A DNA stretch of 64,000 nucleotides, from NCBI RefSeq assembly GCF_009914755.1, contig NC_060928.1, one strand, 5' to 3'. This DNA comes from the human T2T-CHM13v2.0 reference genome, Homo sapiens. Positions within the stretch are counted from its first letter, which is position 1, and each line of letters starts with the position of its first letter. Positions 30,501-48,830 of the stretch are shown piece by piece. Position numbers and translations under genes: made by a program. The notes below the pieces were generated by a model. It searched no databases. It saw only the letters and a list, made by a program, of their open reading frames with translations, and had not been told where the DNA came from.

Positions 30501-30764
30501 AGATGGCTTTTTTCTAAATGATTTTTATTTTACAGTAACAGTAGGCATACAATGTAATGAATTAGAAAACAAAGACTAGCCAAACCAAGAAAATAAAAGC
30601 ATATCCCCATCATCTAGAGATGACCATTTTAACACCTTAATAAAGCTCATTTCCAACACTGTCACCCACATATATTTACAAGTGTGCATTTTGCACACAC
30701 AAGATGAGATTACACTGTAGATACTACTGTTACCAGCTTTTTAAGCTGTTGATCTCCACCTTTC

Positions 30765-31056
30765 TTTTTTTAAGAGACAGGGTTTCACTCTGTCACCCAG
30801 GGTGGAGTGCAGAGGCACAATCACAGCTCACTGCAACCTCCAATCCCTGTGATCAAGAAATCCTCCCATCCCTGTCTCTCAAGTAGCTGGGACCACAAGT
30901 GTACACCACCACACACAGCTAGTTTTTGTATTTCTTCGTAGAGATGGGGTCTTGCTATGTTGCCCAGGCTGGTCCCAAACTCCTGGCCTCATGAGATCCT
31001 TCTGATTCAGCTTCCCAAAGCACTGGGATTACAGGCATGAGCCACTGTGCCCAGCC
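30765..31056 (-). mobile_element. AluJ
   Basis: Reverse Alu; TSD tccacctttc. Confidence 0.9.
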
Positions 31057-31483
31057 TCCACCTTTCCATTTCGGTATCTTTTTAATCTCATCTAACACTC
31101 AGGCAATAATTAAGTTTCTAAAAGAAGACCTCCAAAGATCTTTCAAAAAGATCCTTCATAGATGGTTTATCCAAACCAGTATCTAAGACTACAAGTGTAT
31201 CTTGAGTGTGTCCCTTGCAACATAACAGTACCATCCAACCTCTTTTTGTTAGACAAAAAATAATAATAATAATGACTGGGTCTTTGTGGTGCTGTTTTGA
31301 TAGTTTCTCTGCTCTCCTGGCAATACCTGCAGACTGGCATTAGATCCAAAGCAGAGACTCCCAACCTTTTTGTGCATTGGGCTATGTTACCAGTCTGGTA
31401 AAGCACTAGGACTTTTTACCGAAGGTGGGGCCTAGCAATCTGTTTTAACAAGCCTTCCCGGAGGAGTCAATGTGTACTCATTT

Positions 31484-32350
<867 letters not shown>

Positions 32351-32641
32351 ATTTGAGAACCTCCTGAGTAACATATGCTATATCCTACAATCAAGAAAAC
32401 TACTACACATATTATCCTAAATAAAACTACTACAAATTACTATAAACTGAGTGGAGTTTTACATTTTTTTAGTTCTTTTTGTTAGAACACTAAAGTTATA
32501 CAGTCAAAATCTTCAATTCTAATTAAATCTTCTGTGTGTTTCATTTTCAACTTAAAAGATTATTTTTAGTTATTTTTAACTAAATAATACATTTACAGAA
32601 GTCAAAGGTGAAAACTATATACAAAGAGAACCAACTTATTT

Positions 32642-33290
32642 CAGTAGACCCCCCTTATATGTGGGGCATACTTCCAAGACCCCTAGTGGATACTTAAAAC
32701 CGTGGATAGTAGCAAACTCTACATACACTGCTTTTTCCTGTATATGCATACCTATAATAAAGTTTAACGTATAAATCAGGTACAGTAGGAGATTAAAAAC
32801 AATAACTAAATAACAAAATAGAACAATTATAACAATGTACTGTAATAAAAATTATGTGAATGTGGTTTCTCTCTCTCTCAAAATATCCTATTGTACTCTC
32901 TTCACCCTTCTTATGATCCATCCATCTAATAACCAAGCCAGCTACTAAGTGACTAACAGGCAGGTAGCATAGACAGCATGGATACCTTGGACAAAGGTCT
33001 GATTCAAGTTCCAGGCAGGATGGAGCAGGACAGCACAAGACTTCTTCCCGCTACTCAGAATGGTACACAATCTAAAACTTATGGCTGCGCACAGTGGCGC
33101 ACACCTATAATCCCAGCACATTGAGAGTCGGATCGCAGGGCCCAGGAGCCTGGGATCAGCCTGGGCAATCTGGTGAAACCCCATCTCTAGAAAAAATAAA
33201 TAAGTAAAACTTATGAACTATTTATTTCTGGAATTTTCCATTTAACTGAAACCACAGAAAGCAAAACCATGAATAAGGTGGGGGACTACC
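32642..33290. mobile_element. Tigger3/MER7-like DNA element with a FLAM insert (33084-33204)
   Basis: Ends cagtagacccc...cttat / ataaggtgggggactac; FLAM TSD taaaacttatg. Confidence 0.75.
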
Positions 33291-33417
33291 ATTTTGGAAA
33301 TAGACAAAAAAGGAAAACAAACAAGGACTTATCTTGGCCTTCCTGGATAAAGTGACTTCCAGAAAGCAAAGTAATTGATCAGGAGTAAATTTCTTTTATA
33401 AAAGTATCAAAGTTATA

Positions 33418-33712
33418 GGCCGGGCGTGGTGGCTCACGCCTGTAATCCCAGCACTTTGGGAGGCCAGGGCGGGTGGATGACGAGGTCAGGAGATCGAGAT
33501 CATCCTGGCTAACACGGTGAAACCCCGTCGCTACTAAAAATACAAAAAAATTAGCCGGGCGTGGTGGCCGGCACCTGTAGTCCCAGCTACTCAGGAGGCT
33601 GAGGCAGGAGAATGGCGTGAACCCGAGAGGCGGAGCTTGCAGTGAACAGAGATCACGCCACTACACTGCAGCCTGGGGGACAGAGCGAGACTCCGTCTCA
33701 AAAAAAAAAAAA
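33418..33712 (+). mobile_element. AluY
   Basis: AluY diagnostics; TSD aaaagtatca(a/g)agtta. Confidence 0.95.
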
Positions 33713-33999
33713 GTATCAGAGTTAATACATGAAAAAATAATGATACAATTAGAGTATCATCATTCTGCAACACTAATAATATAATTGATTTAGGCAATGA
33801 TACCAACAGCTGTTAAACATCATTTTTTTAAAAAAAGATATTATATATTCCATTAATGTAAGTATATACATCACCTTCTTGCCAGAGTCACACTTGAATC
33901 TCAGAAGTGAAAAGCGGTACCTCAAAATAATTTATATCTGTCAATGTGAATTTGTGTTCCCTTTCTGTGAAGATCCGGAAATCTCCTTTGACCTTTACA

Positions 34000-34240
34000 A
34001 CACATTGGTTATGAGGACAGGCTCTGGAGTTGGGCTGACTCGGCTCAAGTCCTGGTTCCATCACTTAAGTATGGGTGACCTCAGGGAACTTAATGAGCTT
34101 CTGTGCCTCACTTCCTCAAGCACAAATTAGGGATAATCATAATGATCTCATTAGGGAACTATGAAAAGCAACCAACACAACATTTAAAACACTTACCACA
34201 GGATCTGGCACACTCGGCAAACATTACCTATTATTATTTT
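34000..34240 (+). mobile_element. MIR, near full length
   Basis: ggctctggag...ctgtgcctcacttcctca...ctggcaca...ctattattatt. Confidence 0.7.
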
Positions 34241-35333
34241 ACCACATTTTCAATGGATCATCTGTCTTTTCTTACTAATTTACATCAGTTCTTAATACCT
34301 AGCAACCAGCATTTTTCCTCAATACAGTCCGTGGTCCAAATCCTGGGAACCGCTATTAGAATATACTGGGAGAGCACACTTTGGAAATTATGACTCAAGG
34401 GTGAAATTGCTTAATATTAAGTATAGAATCTAAATAATTCTACCAGTAAGAAATCTTGAGACCTTTTGTAAATATAAGTGGCTGAGCCAATGTTAAAGTA
34501 GGTATTGGAAACTCTACTTCAAACGGTGAGGAACCCTGATATATACAAAAGGCCATTATGAGTCCAATGCTGGACAACCAAAGAAACAATTAATACACAT
34601 ATATAAACAGAGTGTTGGGCTTCCGGGGCCACTGGCAAATGATGGCACATGTGCCACCACCCCCCATACCATGCCCATGACAGATCATTATTCAGTCCTG
34701 TCATTTCCCTGATAAGCTCACAAAGCACTTCCAATAGCTACTCCCAATTTATGGGGGCAGCCATTCAAGAAATTAACTGGCACCACTGGTTCTACCGCAG
34801 AAACCATCAAAGGCAACTATGATCCAAATGTACTTTTATAACTTTTGGGGCGAATCATAACCAAAAACAAGCCTGCCCACTTAGAGAGAGTTAGGTGGGG
34901 AACAGAGGGAGACAACAGAGGGTTGACAGGGAATCAGCCAGAACACTGGTGTCAAAGGATTCTGTAATAAATATGTGGTAATACAGGCAAAGCCATAGAA
35001 GGTGGGGGGAAATGCAGGCAAGAAAAATAACACTGTGATATAATAAAGAATCTGCACACTGTCCATAAAGTCTGGAAATTAACTTTTTTTAAAAAGTGTG
35101 TATGTGTGTGTATTTGTATACACAGTCATCAAGGACATCTTCACTATAAAAAAAAAAAGTCTCTGTTTCTGACATGACACCCTGCAGGTTCACCTGGTAC
35201 TCAGAAATTCAGAGAAGCAGGCTGGTCTACTCACGGAGTTGGGGTTTAAAAGCCTATATTCCTATAGCAGAGGAAGGAATAAGAGACATGCAAAGGGGCA
35301 ACCAGAGTTCACCTATTAAAAGAGCTCCAGTGA

Positions 35334-36729
<1,396 letters not shown>

Positions 36730-37668
36730 CACAGAGAATCAGTTAACAAAAAGAGAGCTCAAGATCCCAACACAGGCATTAGCCCTAGGGGAAAGAGGGC
36801 AGGTCTCAGCTTGTAAGTGAGGGGCAATTAGTAGTGAGAAAAGGCAAGCAAAGATCATGAAGCAGGCAGGCCTGAGGCTTAAGTACAAGTAGCCCCAATG
36901 CCCCCCTTCCCCGAACAAGTAAACAACCCTCACCCTTGCTATTATAATGCAATATAATGGTACAATCAGCCAATTCTAATAAAGCCACTGGAACTTCATT
37001 AAATGTGCATGTAACTTCTGTGGCTTTGAAAAATACATGTTAGCAATGTTGTTAGGTTTGGTTTCATATGTAAAATCATAGAACTTTAGCAGTTAAAGAA
37101 TCAGTAAAGACAGCCTAGTTCAAAAACCTCGTTTTACTAGTCAGGAAAGTGAAGGCCAGAAATGTTGTGATTTGCTAGGTGACACGATTCTACTTGGCAG
37201 CAAAACCAATGAGAATCCCCACATCCATTCACAGTCTCATGCTATTTCCCTTTATCCTCCATTCTGATCACCTCTATTAAATAAGGTGTAGGAATGACAG
37301 TTCCCTGCTCACCTAGTAACAGCATGACATGTAGACAGAACTAGAGTGTTATGAATTCATGTCACTTCAGATGGAGGCCTCCCAAAAATGCATCTACTCC
37401 CCCTATGATGTTCTTATTCATCTTAACATGGCAGCTGTTTGAGATAGGGTCATTTATTATTCCAGGATAAAATTTTCAATCTCAAGAATGCAGCAGATAA
37501 GCAAAGAAAGACCGTATAATAAATGGATGATGTTACAAACCTAAGTATAAATGCCATTGGTCATTTCCACAACCACTTAATGAGAGTAAAATGGGATGTT
37601 AAAATTCTTTCCTTCAACAGTTGTTAGTTACTTGGACATAATATGCACTAGGTAAAAATTCTCAGTTA

Positions 37669-37903
37669 CAGGTTGCATAGCCCTCATTCTAAATGTCTGG
37701 GACCAAAAGTGTTTCTGATTTCGCCTTTTTTCAGAATTTGGAATATTTGCATTATACTTACAGGTTGAGCATCCCGAACCCAAAAATCTAAAATCCAAAA
37801 TGCTCCAAAGAGCATTTCCTATGAGCATCATGTCAATCCCAAGAAGTTTTGGATTTTGGAGCATTTTGGATTTCACATTTTCATATTTGAGATGGTCGAC
37901 CTG
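37669..37903. mobile_element. Tigger4a (MER46A-like) non-autonomous element
   Basis: TA-caggttg... to ...gacctg; internal caggttgagcatccc and aatccaaaatgctccaa motifs; ~235 bp. Confidence 0.8.
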
Positions 37904-38069
37904 CACTTTGCTTTTCCCGTCTGTCAGTCATCGCTGAAGGAATGCTTCCATGTAAACAAGTTTTCTGTAACAACTGTTCTGTTCTACAAAGGCTTACCCC
38001 AACACCACTACCAAAGAAAGCACTTAAGGTGTCACTTTCATGAAAATAACAATAGTTAGAATTGAAGGC

Positions 38070-38260
38070 CAGAAGCCAGGCCCAGCAGCCTATGTGTAAC
38101 CTGAGAAGATAATTTACTTGTCCAGGCTTCAGTTGGCACTCCTGTAAAATGTAGACAATACGGAGCTCATAAAGCTGTTTTAGCAATCAGGTGAGAGGTT
38201 ATGCGGGGAGCATTTGGCACAGCACCTAGAACACGATCAACATTCCAACGTTGGTTGTTA
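38070..38260 (+). mobile_element. MIR fragment
   Basis: ctcctgtaaaatg...ttggcacagcacctagaac. Confidence 0.55.
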
Positions 38261-38464
38261 TTAGAACTTTCAAATCAGTTAAGGACACTTGCAACACGGT
38301 TCTGAAAGTCAAAGAGCTCTACAGACACCTGAAGTTTCTCTAGTCATGGGAGTTCACGAATATTACCAAACCAGTTTTAGGAGGAAGTTAAACTAGCAGC
38401 AGAAATAAATCTCTCCTTTAAAAAAGCAAGACAATAACAACAACAACAGGTTTTTTTACTCTGT

Positions 38465-39017
38465 TGTGATGGTTAACATTACTTGTGAATGTAAAGTAAG
38501 AGGTGCCCAGATAGCTGGTAAACCATTATTTCAGGGTGTGTCTATGAGGGCATTTCCAGAAGAGATTAGCACTTAAATTGATAACTGAGTAAAGTAGATG
38601 ATCCTCCCTAATCCACTTTGGGGAAGACCAAAGTAGACTGGTCCTCTTTAAGTAGACTGCCTACTTTAAGTGGGCATCTTCCAATACACTGAGGGCCTGA
38701 ATAAACAAAGAGGCAGCAGGGCAAATTCGCTCTGTGCTAGAGCTGAGACACTCGTCTCCTGCCCCTAGACATCCGGCCTTAAGTTCTTAAGCTTTCAGAC
38801 CCAGCCCAGGACTAACACCCTCCCGTCCACCTGATTCTCAGACTCTCAGACCTTTGAACCTAGACTGAAACACATCACCAGCTGTCCTGGTTCTCCAGGC
38901 TACAGATCATGGGACTTCCTTATAACCATGTGAGCCAACACCTACAAGAACTCTCCTCTTAAATCTATCTCTTCATCTAGCCTATGGGTTCTGTTTCTCT
39001 AGAAAATCTTAATATAC
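38465..39017 (+). mobile_element. MLT2 LTR
   Basis: tgtgatggttaa...gggtgtgtctatgagg...tttccagaagagattagc...ggttctgtttctctagaaaa. Confidence 0.8.
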
Positions 39018-40729
39018 CTTTATATTAGGTAACTCTACAGGGGTTCCATCAAAACAAGAAACAGGTCTATGAAATTAATTTCATGAGAAGGCTAAAGACA
39101 AGTGTTTTCTGAAATCCCATTTTCTTGAAGGAGAACGAGAAAGGCCAGGATCTTCAGTTTTACTTTACTATCCAGCAACATCCCAACAAAAAAATAAAGG
39201 CATCACTAGAAAATAAACTCTGGGTCAGAATAAACTGCAACCATTAAGGCTTATCAGTTTCATAGACCAGCAAAATATCACAGAAATTAAAGAGCAAGAA
39301 AGAACCTGAATGAGTCATGTTATACTCACCTCCCAAAACTCTCTTACCAGTCACGGAGGGAGCCTGTTATTCATTGACTGCAGGTCCTGGGGACTCCCCA
39401 CGTTTCCTTTCCATTGTAAAGCTGCCACCACCTACACTCCCCTCTGGATATACTAAGACTTAGTATAAAAGGTCTAAACAATTTCCCCTCTTATTTTTTG
39501 CTCCACACAGTAACAGAACAATTCCAATGTAAAAAGTTTTATAATCACAAAAAAATGGGAAAAGATGAAAAAAAAAAACTAATATGAGAACTAAGAATAT
39601 TATAAAACTTTAAAAAAAAAGTATTACAAAGTTTCTGTCTGTGGTTGCTAACTTCTAGCTAAGCTGATGGACAAGTTTTTCAACTTTATCCCTGAGGGAA
39701 GAACTCGAATGTGTAATTTTTTTTTTTCCCCATCAAGGAGCTCTGAAAAGTAAATCCTAGTAGAACAGTTCACTAAGGTTCTTTAAGTAGGCAATAATCT
39801 CAAGCGATCTCCATTTCTCATAGGTTCAGACTGGATGACACCTATTTCCAGGAGCCTTATCTCAAAAAGCATAGCATCCCCTAGGAGGTACTACCCTTCC
39901 TGTATCTATTTTGGCAGGGAAACCATGCAGCCAAGCTAGCCAGGTACTCCTGAGAGCGACAGCCAACCCAAACCACGTAAGGGTGAAAGAATGGTTTAAG
40001 TAGTAAATACAGTTGCCAAATGCAATAATTAGTAAGTATGAAACCAGGTGTGTCCATCAAGCTAAAGGACCAGAAGAGGAAGAAGTATGTAGTGATGGAC
40101 TTTAAAATGGTCTAATCTAGGCAGACTTCAGTAAGAGCATGGGACAGAAGATGGCGGTATATAGGCCACATATAGGGTGGAATGCTGGAAATGATGACAG
40201 GCATTGAGATATATCACATGCAGAATGGCAGATATATCATATGCTAGACAGCAATAGGCTGAAACTGAAATAAGAGGTAAGGAAATGAAGAGGATGGATT
40301 CAAGCTAGTTTTCAAGAAGTTCACTTAAGAAAGAGTGGTCATTCAATCATGGTGCTACAAGGGAGTATTCTGGGGAGAGGAGCTTTTTTAACAGAGGAAG
40401 AAAGGAAGTGGCTATGTGCAACAAGGAGAAACATCACAAACTGGGAGAGAACTTCAAAACAGAAAAAAGAAAAGCAATGGCTCCTTAAGAGGTAGGTGGG
40501 AACTGGATCAAGAAATGAAAAAAAAAAATCTGGGTGAAAGACACTTTTTACTATCAGATGAAGAGTGGGAGTTTAAGCCTTGACCTTGTATGTTTGTTAT
40601 GTTGCTTTGAAGAGTCTCAAGTTTATCCATGACAGATTCATCCTGCATAAGACTAATGCAAGATTCTGACCAGTCCTACTTAAGGGAAAAAAAAAAAAAA
40701 AAAACAGTAAGAAAAATGAGACCTCTTTG

Positions 40730-41000
40730 TACAAAGATTTACTGAGTGCTTACATGCTAGACTCTAGGGATGCAGAGATAAATATGGCCATCAAGAGTCT
40801 ACAATCTAGTAGGAGAACTAGGGTTGTAAATAAATAATTCCAAAACAGTATGACAGCTGTCACAATGCAAGCAAACAGGAGGTAGGAGGTGGTCCTAAGG
40901 AATGAAGAGCCAGCCTAACACTGTCCACTGGGGTAGACTGCACTTCCAGGTTACTGGAAAGACTTTAGAATTCTAACTGCATCTTAGGCACAAAGGATGA
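40730..41000 (-). mobile_element. L2 fragment
   Basis: atttactgagtgcttacatgctag...tacaatctagtagga. Confidence 0.55.
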
Positions 41001-42604
41001 GTTTACATTTGGTCTCATTTAAAACAAATAAACAAACAGCAGGTTAAAAATAATAATAAATCTAATAGAAAGTTTATCCATCTTAAACACTGCCCTGGAG
41101 ATGAATACACCAGTAGTCAATCTCTCTTTGCCTTTCTCATAAGAAAAGAATCAGGAAGAATTGCACAATAAAACAAAGAATGCTTTTAAGTCTTATCTTG
41201 ATGGGAAATGAATTAATTACTCAGATCCAAGCAGGCTTAAAGAAAGAACATTTCAACAACTATGTTAAAGAACCTGCATTACAGTTATATCTCCATAGTT
41301 GCTCTTTCTTTCAATTAACTAGAAGGAGGCACAACCTGCTTTCTACTATTCCACCCACAATACAAGGCCATGGCAGCACTGGCTGTTAAATGCCTGTCAC
41401 TATACTAGGTACTATGGATACATGAGGAAACGAAGTCTCTGACACCTCAATAGAACTGACATTCTAGATAGGACCAGGTCACATACTTGGAACCATGTAT
41501 TCTAACTGAGAAATGTCCTCATATTGGGAGTGAATTTAATTCACGAACATTTACCGATCGCATTTACTAATCACATACTGTGTATGATGTTTACAGTACT
41601 TGGGGAGAGGGCAGAGAATGGTACTGAGACTGGGGAGCTTAGACAACTTAAGGGAACCTCTATGTCTCCCTAGTCTTGGTAGGGGCACATTTATTCTTCT
41701 TGTGTGGAGACATCTTAGCCTTCAAGAACAATTCTTGAACATGAGGGGCGCAGCACTTTAACATACAGAGTTAGCAATTTTGACAAAAGATTTTCTCATG
41801 CTTATCACAGCCCTGTCTTCAGACAGAATCATAAAAAGGGCTTAATAAAAATTCTAAATAGAATGAAGCCTAAATTGTCCATGGTGAGGGTGATGGATAA
41901 TTTAGCCTTCTGTGTGTGTGATACCCAATTCTACACACCTGCCCCCAACCATGGTGAGTACTCAAGAAAAAAAGATTGCAAATATGCACAATTCAAATAT
42001 TATGCAATTTAAACTTCAGAAGGCAAAATAGGGGAAAGAAAAAAAAAGACAAAAAATGTAAGTTTTAAAAACTTTATTTAAATTAAGAACCAAGAATGTC
42101 AGTCATCTGAAATGATGAGGCGCTAAAAGAAACTACCAAATGCCTGATACCCAAGTTGGTTCAGTTTCGCAGCCTGACAACAAAGCTGTGTGTCCTGACA
42201 AAGAAAATCTCGCGTCTCTCCAAGGTGCCTGTCAATAGCAGGCCCTCAAATACTGTTGGACAGATGCTTGCTGCTGTTAGCCCTCTCATTTTATTCATTC
42301 AACTCCACAGTACATCTCTAAAACCTTATTGTCCTTACCCTTGGCTTCAGCACGCCACTCTCTGCTTTACCAATAGTCGTTTTTCCTGGCTTCTATGAAT
42401 AAGGCCCTGTCCTGAAGCTCTCAGCTCTCTGTCCTAGAAATGTCTCTTGATTTCATCGTCTTTCCTCTGCTTGTACCAGCCCCTCCCTCTCACATGAGGT
42501 AGCTGCCCTCAACTGGCTCCTGTACTCTTTCTTCTACCTTCTTTTTTTGTGGCAGATGACAGATGGTGACTAGGATTAACCCTTCAGGTCGCTGGGCTAC
42601 TAAG

Positions 42605-42772
42605 CAGCAGGTTCTCAACCCAAGTGTTACCAGAACCACCCAACGAGGCTCCGAAAAATACCAATGTCCAGGCCCCATCCCTGAACAATACATCAGAACA
42701 TGAAGTCTGTGGTCCAAGCATCTGAACTTTTAATGCTTTCTGTTGATTCAAACGCAAGGTTGAAAACCTCAA
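42605..42772. mobile_element. MER5A-like element
   Basis: cagcaggttctcaac...gtccaggcccca...aggttgaaaacc. Confidence 0.6.
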
Positions 42773-43157
42773 CCGCAAACTGACCAACCAGGTTACAGGA
42801 AGGTAGGGTAACTACTCCTCTGATGCTGGGACTTGGATGGATGCAAGCCTAGTGCAAAGCGCTCTGGCCAGGAGCATCCTTCACCATTTCACTCCAGTGC
42901 ACACATCATCATTGTCTATCTGTGTCATGGCATGAAAAATCTTGGCTAGAACTGCCATAAATAATGCAGATGACTGTGTGAGTCACTTAGCAAGTCTAAG
43001 ACATTCTAGGTGGAAAAAAGGTTTTGTGCCCAGCAGTGGGACATGGGAAAAAAAGCAATGATGGTCACAGAGCAAAAAGACCCACCAGTCCCTTTGGCAA
43101 GGTTGTTCTTAAAACCGTCTTGCAAATTCTCCTTTAGAAACTCCCGTTGCCCATTTA

Positions 43158-43540
<383 letters not shown>

Positions 43541-44069
43541 TCAAAAAGAGCTACAGGGTCACATCTAACCGAGGGGAGGTATGACAGATATTGAACAGCT
43601 AGAAGGCAAGAGGTGAAGCTCTAGGAAGAGGTACAAGACTAAGATAAAACTGGTCTAGTAGACCAAAAGAAAAGTCAAGCCCAGAGATAAGAAGTCACAT
43701 ACATCCACAACCAGGGGTGGCACTGAATATTTGCTAAATGAATGCAAAAGCAAGTTTAGGATACAAATTTAGGAAACTAGGATACAAATTATCAAGAATG
43801 CAACTGGAGAAGAGTAAATACCAAAAGTGAAAGTTTCGGTCTTTGGCCAGCCCATACTGTATGCAGGAAGGCACAGATTTACCCTGGGACTCACCCCCTG
43901 CAGACAAAAAAGAACAAAAAAACCAGGGGTGCTGAAGATGGGGGGAGAAGCAGGAAGGTGCTGGAGTATTTTTCTATCAATCTCTTAAACCTTCCATTTT
44001 TACCCTTCAGGCCCTGAACAGGAAAGATCTGAGGACAAGAAATGCTTTGCTGGATGAAAAGCAAAATAA

Positions 44070-44373
<304 letters not shown>

Positions 44374-44754
44374 CAAGGCAAAAGCAAAGCTTAGTATCTG
44401 CAATGTGCTCAGTGTGGTACTAAAAGTGGCCAATACAGACATGTGCCTTCTGGGAGGCACCTACCTCATCTCTGTCCCACTCTACCCGCTACACATAGGT
44501 AATTCCCTTACTAGACATGCAACATTTCTGAAACTTTAGTCAAGACGGAAAAAAAAAAATCCTTGGGAGGAATAGTGTACTTTTGTAAAGCTCCCTCTTC
44601 AGACTAAAATTGTGTGTATTTGAACATAAATGTAAGCTAAACTGTACATCAAGCATTAAAATTATATTGTTTTACATTAAAAACTTATTGAGCAAGTTTG
44701 CATTTATAGCTTCCTAATCTTTGCAAAAACTGAGTTAATAAGCTACTAATACTC

Positions 44755-45060
44755 GGCCAGGTGCAGTGGCTCACAGTTGTAATCCCAGCACTTTGGGAGG
44801 TCAAGGCGGGCGGATCACGAGGTCAGGAGCTGGAGAGTATCCTTGCTAACACGATGAAACCCCATCTCTACTAAAAATTAAAAAAAAAAATTAGCCGGGC
44901 ATGGTGGCGGGTGACTGTAGTCCCAGCTACTCAGGAGGCTGAAGCAGGGGAATGGCGTGAACCCAGGTGGTGGAGCTTGCAGTGAGCCGAGATCGCGCCA
45001 CTGCTCTCCAGCCTGGGCAACAGAGCAAGATTCCATCTCAAAAAAAATAAAATAAATAAA
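44755..45060 (+). mobile_element. AluY-like
   Basis: TSD aataagctac(t/c)aatact. Confidence 0.93.
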
Positions 45061-47020
45061 ATAAGCTACCAATACTCAAAGAACTCTGTATTCTAATCTT
45101 TGTTTATAAGAAAAATGTCGACACAATAAATTAGCTCTGTTCTCTAGAGTTAAGATTCCTCCAGAGCATCAAGCCAGTAAACTACTGCTTCCTGAGAGGC
45201 AGCTGAATGGAAAAATAAGTCACTGAATAGTCTTCTAAGAAACTACATCCCGTGTCATTTTCTGAGTTACTTTCAGGAGTTTTTACTTCTGTCTTTGTCT
45301 GTTTTTTAAACCATCTTTACAGGCTCCTGGGAACAGAAGCTGGAGCTGCACTGGGAGCAACCTCACCAAACATTATCATATTCGTTTGTTTTGGGACTTG
45401 GTATCTTGCCAAACCCACCAACTTCTCCTGGTGCTGGAGGACTCCAAGCAGGCAAGAAACAACAGGATTTTGAGGCTGGGTGATAAGCAACCCTGTCATC
45501 ATATCAGAAAAGCTTACAACTTGCATTCACGGACCAAATGCCAAACTGTGCCCCCAATCCTGCAAGATTTCTGAGCAATATTCCCGGTAGGAATTCAAGC
45601 CACTTCCCAACACAGTCTATGCGTGTGTGTTTGCCACACACATAAGATCAAGGAGATCACATGTGACTGCAGATAGATTGAATATACCCATCCTTGAATC
45701 AGGGATCCCACAGCTATGAACCTAATAAACTAAATAAAGACATGTTCTCATTTGCTATAATAAGGTAAACATATGAATTTGCATCCGTCTTCTATCCCCA
45801 ACTTTTCCTGCTCTTCCACCACGTAGTCGTATCTCTGTTAGCATTACTCTTGCCCATAAAGAACAATTACGTACCCACCCATACTCGAGGTGCTGTGCGA
45901 AGACAAGTCAGAGTCCTTGCTTTCAAGGGTATATGCATTCTGAGAGAAGCACCAGTATCATAGAAAGTGACACAAGAGCACAAACACTAATAGCTACCTG
46001 GGTTCAGGGATGGAAGGATCAAAATGCCAGAACAGTGAAGAGTTCGTAGCAGCTGAGTTGGGTATTAAAGAATATCCCAGAATTTCCCAGACTGGGCTTC
46101 CAAGGCAAGGGTGTCAGCAAAGGCACACAGGAAGCAAAATATAAACTGCTCAGGGGACACTGAGATGTAGACTTTGGTGAAGCAAATAATTTGTATAAAA
46201 GACTGACCCTTGGATGAAAGCATCATGTCTTATTTTAACCCTGAAACACTGGCCACTGTGTTTACAACGTAACACTGCCTCAACCGATGTCCATGGAAAA
46301 AGTAATCTGTGCTGGGTATTGAGAAATCAGGCTGCAGATGTATGTAAGATTTTGCATTCAAAGATAACAATCTTACTCTTGATCCAGTGGCTCTGCTGGT
46401 GAGAATTCAGGCTGTGGCGTCTTGCTGGCCTACAGATTATAATCACTTTGCTCCTCTCTCCCTTGGCTGCACTCATCTGGCAAAGAAGCAACCTGGCCAC
46501 ACCCAAGGAGTCCCATCACTAGGCTGAATCCAGGTGGAGAAAAACAATTGCACTGACCATCTCCCTTTGAATCTGATCAGAAGGCAAAACTGCAAAAAGA
46601 TCCTCCCTGCTGACTTTTCTGCAATCCCCAGTAGGTTCACATTCCAAAAGAACATTTCTCTTCTCTTTCCCCTTCCTCTTGGCCCATTTTCCCCTTGCCC
46701 TGCCTAGATATCTTTGAGAAAATAGAAGCAACGGGGCCAAAATTCCCTCTTCGTCCCACCTGCGCCCCACTGCCCTCACGCCTGCCTTGACACCCATGTT
46801 CCACCCTTTCTCCCAAGACAAGGTATTGTGCTGAACCCCTACCCACTCCAGATGGGATTGCACCAGGTTCAAGAAGAAGAAACCCAGAGCTAGTGAACAG
46901 AACATGGAGTTTCACTGAGGGCTTACATGCAGGGGAGAGAGTTCAGTGCTGGCGGGCTGGACAGGAGAACTGCATGCCCCAGCAGAGAAACTCACAACTT
47001 GCAAAAAGCATGCAGTTCAC

Positions 47021-47346
<326 letters not shown>

Positions 47347-47518
47347 TCAGCATCTTCACTTAGCACCTTCCCCCGTAGGTAGGGATAACTACTCCTCTGA
47401 TGCTAGGACTGTTTCGTCTCCACCTGGCAACCTTCAATTAACCCTAAAGGACCTTGATCCCCCATATGGCCCATGCTCCATGGGACAAGATGGAGACTCA
47501 GGTGTTCCTCATAGATAA

Positions 47519-47895
<377 letters not shown>

Positions 47896-47939
47896 TCAGA
47901 TACGTCTGCCATACAGTCATTCTCAGACTACACTTAAGT

Positions 47940-48830
47940 TATTGCTATCTGGTGCACTGACTACACATGTAGAGAATGAACTTCCCTGCTGCCATCAGAA
48001 GCCAAACCCTTCATCTGTGCTCCCATCCCACTTCTCTTTTCAGGCCACCCAAATTGGCTTATTCACCTGTGATGCATGGACACTGCTCACGGAGGGCACC
48101 AGACTCCTGGCCATCAAATCCAGTGCTGTTTATTCCTTGGTCTTTCTGGCTTAATCTCTCAACACCTCAACTGGGAAGGCCATTCCAGCCTTGACACATA
48201 AACTTCTCTTAGCTTCCAGGATGAGATTCTCCCCTGGTGCTCCCCACAGCCTCTGCAGAGGCTCCTTCTCAGCCTCCTGTTCATGTTCCTCTATGTTCTA
48301 GTGTGGTTCTGCCTGGGTCACCTCCTCTCCCCTCTGTGCACTCTCTCCTAACTGACCCCAACCAGGCCTGTGTTTGAAATACCACATACGGGCCGGGCCG
48401 ATGGTTCCAAAAGCTCTCTCCACTATTCGTCCGATACCGTCTCTCCACTTCAAGTGGGCCAGCCACCACCTGCCACCCTTCCTCCCGAATGCCTTCTCCC
48501 CACTCAATCCAATCCTTCCCTTCCTTTAGGCCATGCTCAAGTCCTAACTTCTCCAGGAAAATAAAATACCTTCCAAGGACTCCCCAGCCACACTGATCTC
48601 TCCCCTGTTTGGGCTTCCTGAAGCACTGAAACAGTCTCCAGCACAGGATTTATTACTTAATGAGGGATAGTCTTTTAATTGTTCCCTAAATGTCTGCTTC
48701 CTATTGTGCAAATCCTTCCTCCTAACTAGATTTAAGTCTCTGAACAATACGAGCATTTCTTTTCTTGTACTTTGTACTGAGCCACACTGGTGATGTCCAA
48801 AATAATTATTAGTTCTTTGATAACAAACAT
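47940..48830 (+). mobile_element. L2 fragments
   Basis: ggccatcaaatccagtg...ttgacaca...cttagcttccagga...actagatttaagtctc resemble the L2 ORF2 end / 3' region. Confidence 0.6.
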
